Both the position numbers and the translations under genes were made by a program. Of a stretch of 64,000 nt of DNA, positions 63,982-64,000 are shown piece by piece (the first letter of the stretch is position 1; every line of letters starts with the position of its first letter). The notes under the pieces were generated by a model. That model was given only the letters and a program-made list of their open reading frames with translations. It was not told the DNA's origin and searched no databases. The DNA is from an uncultured bacterium (lineage in GTDB: Bacteria; Patescibacteriota; Patescibacteriia; Patescibacteriales; UBA12465): the NCBI GenBank assembly GCA_903945435.1, contig CAJAVM010000025.1, positions 705 to 64,704 on the forward strand, read 5' to 3'.

Positions 63982-64000
63982 TTTTAGCAACCAGCACAAA

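Noticed and set aside
63887-63997. N-terminal 37-aa extension (MLVAKICVGRRTWNALYAEIQSAPHAEIYDLFFINNG) of the 109-aa ORF.
   Set aside because: It is translated from the TTCTGCGT repeat region. A textbook signal peptide starts at the internal ATG at 63886.
1-64000. Alternative genetic code (UGA recoding, as in some candidate phyla) and mobile elements or prophage.
   Set aside because: ORFs up to 4.9 kb are uninterrupted under the standard code, and TGA plausibly terminates genes, for example at 20602 and 41021. No integrase, transposase, terminal inverted repeats or phage structural module were recognised.

Overview
This is an AT-rich, gene-dense bacterial chromosome segment with about 60 genes, roughly 80% on the minus strand. 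Long ORFs are intact under the standard code, and TGA, TAA and TAG all serve as stops. I found no rRNA, tRNA, CRISPR array, integrase or transposase.

The gene content resembles a small-genome, Gram-positive-like, possibly episymbiotic lineage such as CPR/Patescibacteria. That lineage call is inference only.

**Main blocks**
- **1-2748:** the 5' part of a secreted tail-fibre-like repeat protein, a 12-bp tandem repeat overlying a wHTH gene remnant, and a DUF4143 AAA+ ATPase.
- **2854-14903:** a secretin-less type IV pilus locus. In transcription order it encodes pilM, pilN-like, pilO-like, a small membrane protein, pilB, pilC and two tandem mosaic major pilins, followed by a strong terminator. 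FemAB, YbeY, a Cys-rich secreted protein, three minor pilins and a PilX-like protein follow.
- **14959-20490:** a TolB-like protein, ComF, a T-box leader with thrS, and a thioredoxin/CxxC membrane trio.
- **20602-33318:** envelope and lipid genes, including a C39-like peptidase, DedA, an MBOAT/AlgX-like pair, an MgtA-like ATPase, PlsC and TerC.
- **Three giant modular secreted proteins:** 1625 aa, 1328 aa, and a roughly 970-aa gene broken by two homopolymer frameshifts. All three share a previously unnamed ~124-aa module placed just before a putative wall-binding C-terminus.
- **45062-50070:** a phospholipid acyl-chain modification and peroxide-defence cluster (FAD oxidoreductase, DUF1365, CFA-synthase-like, DUF1295, DUF2177, glutathione peroxidase).
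- **Remaining genes:** a RelE/Phd toxin-antitoxin pair, an orphan divergent PurF, and a redox and repair operon (SOUL, MsrA, flavodoxin, a PEP-swivel protein, an EamA-HD fusion, NUDIX, SDR).

A 42-bp palindrome-containing element heads two long minus-strand operons. All family assignments come from reading motifs in the supplied translations. No database search was run.
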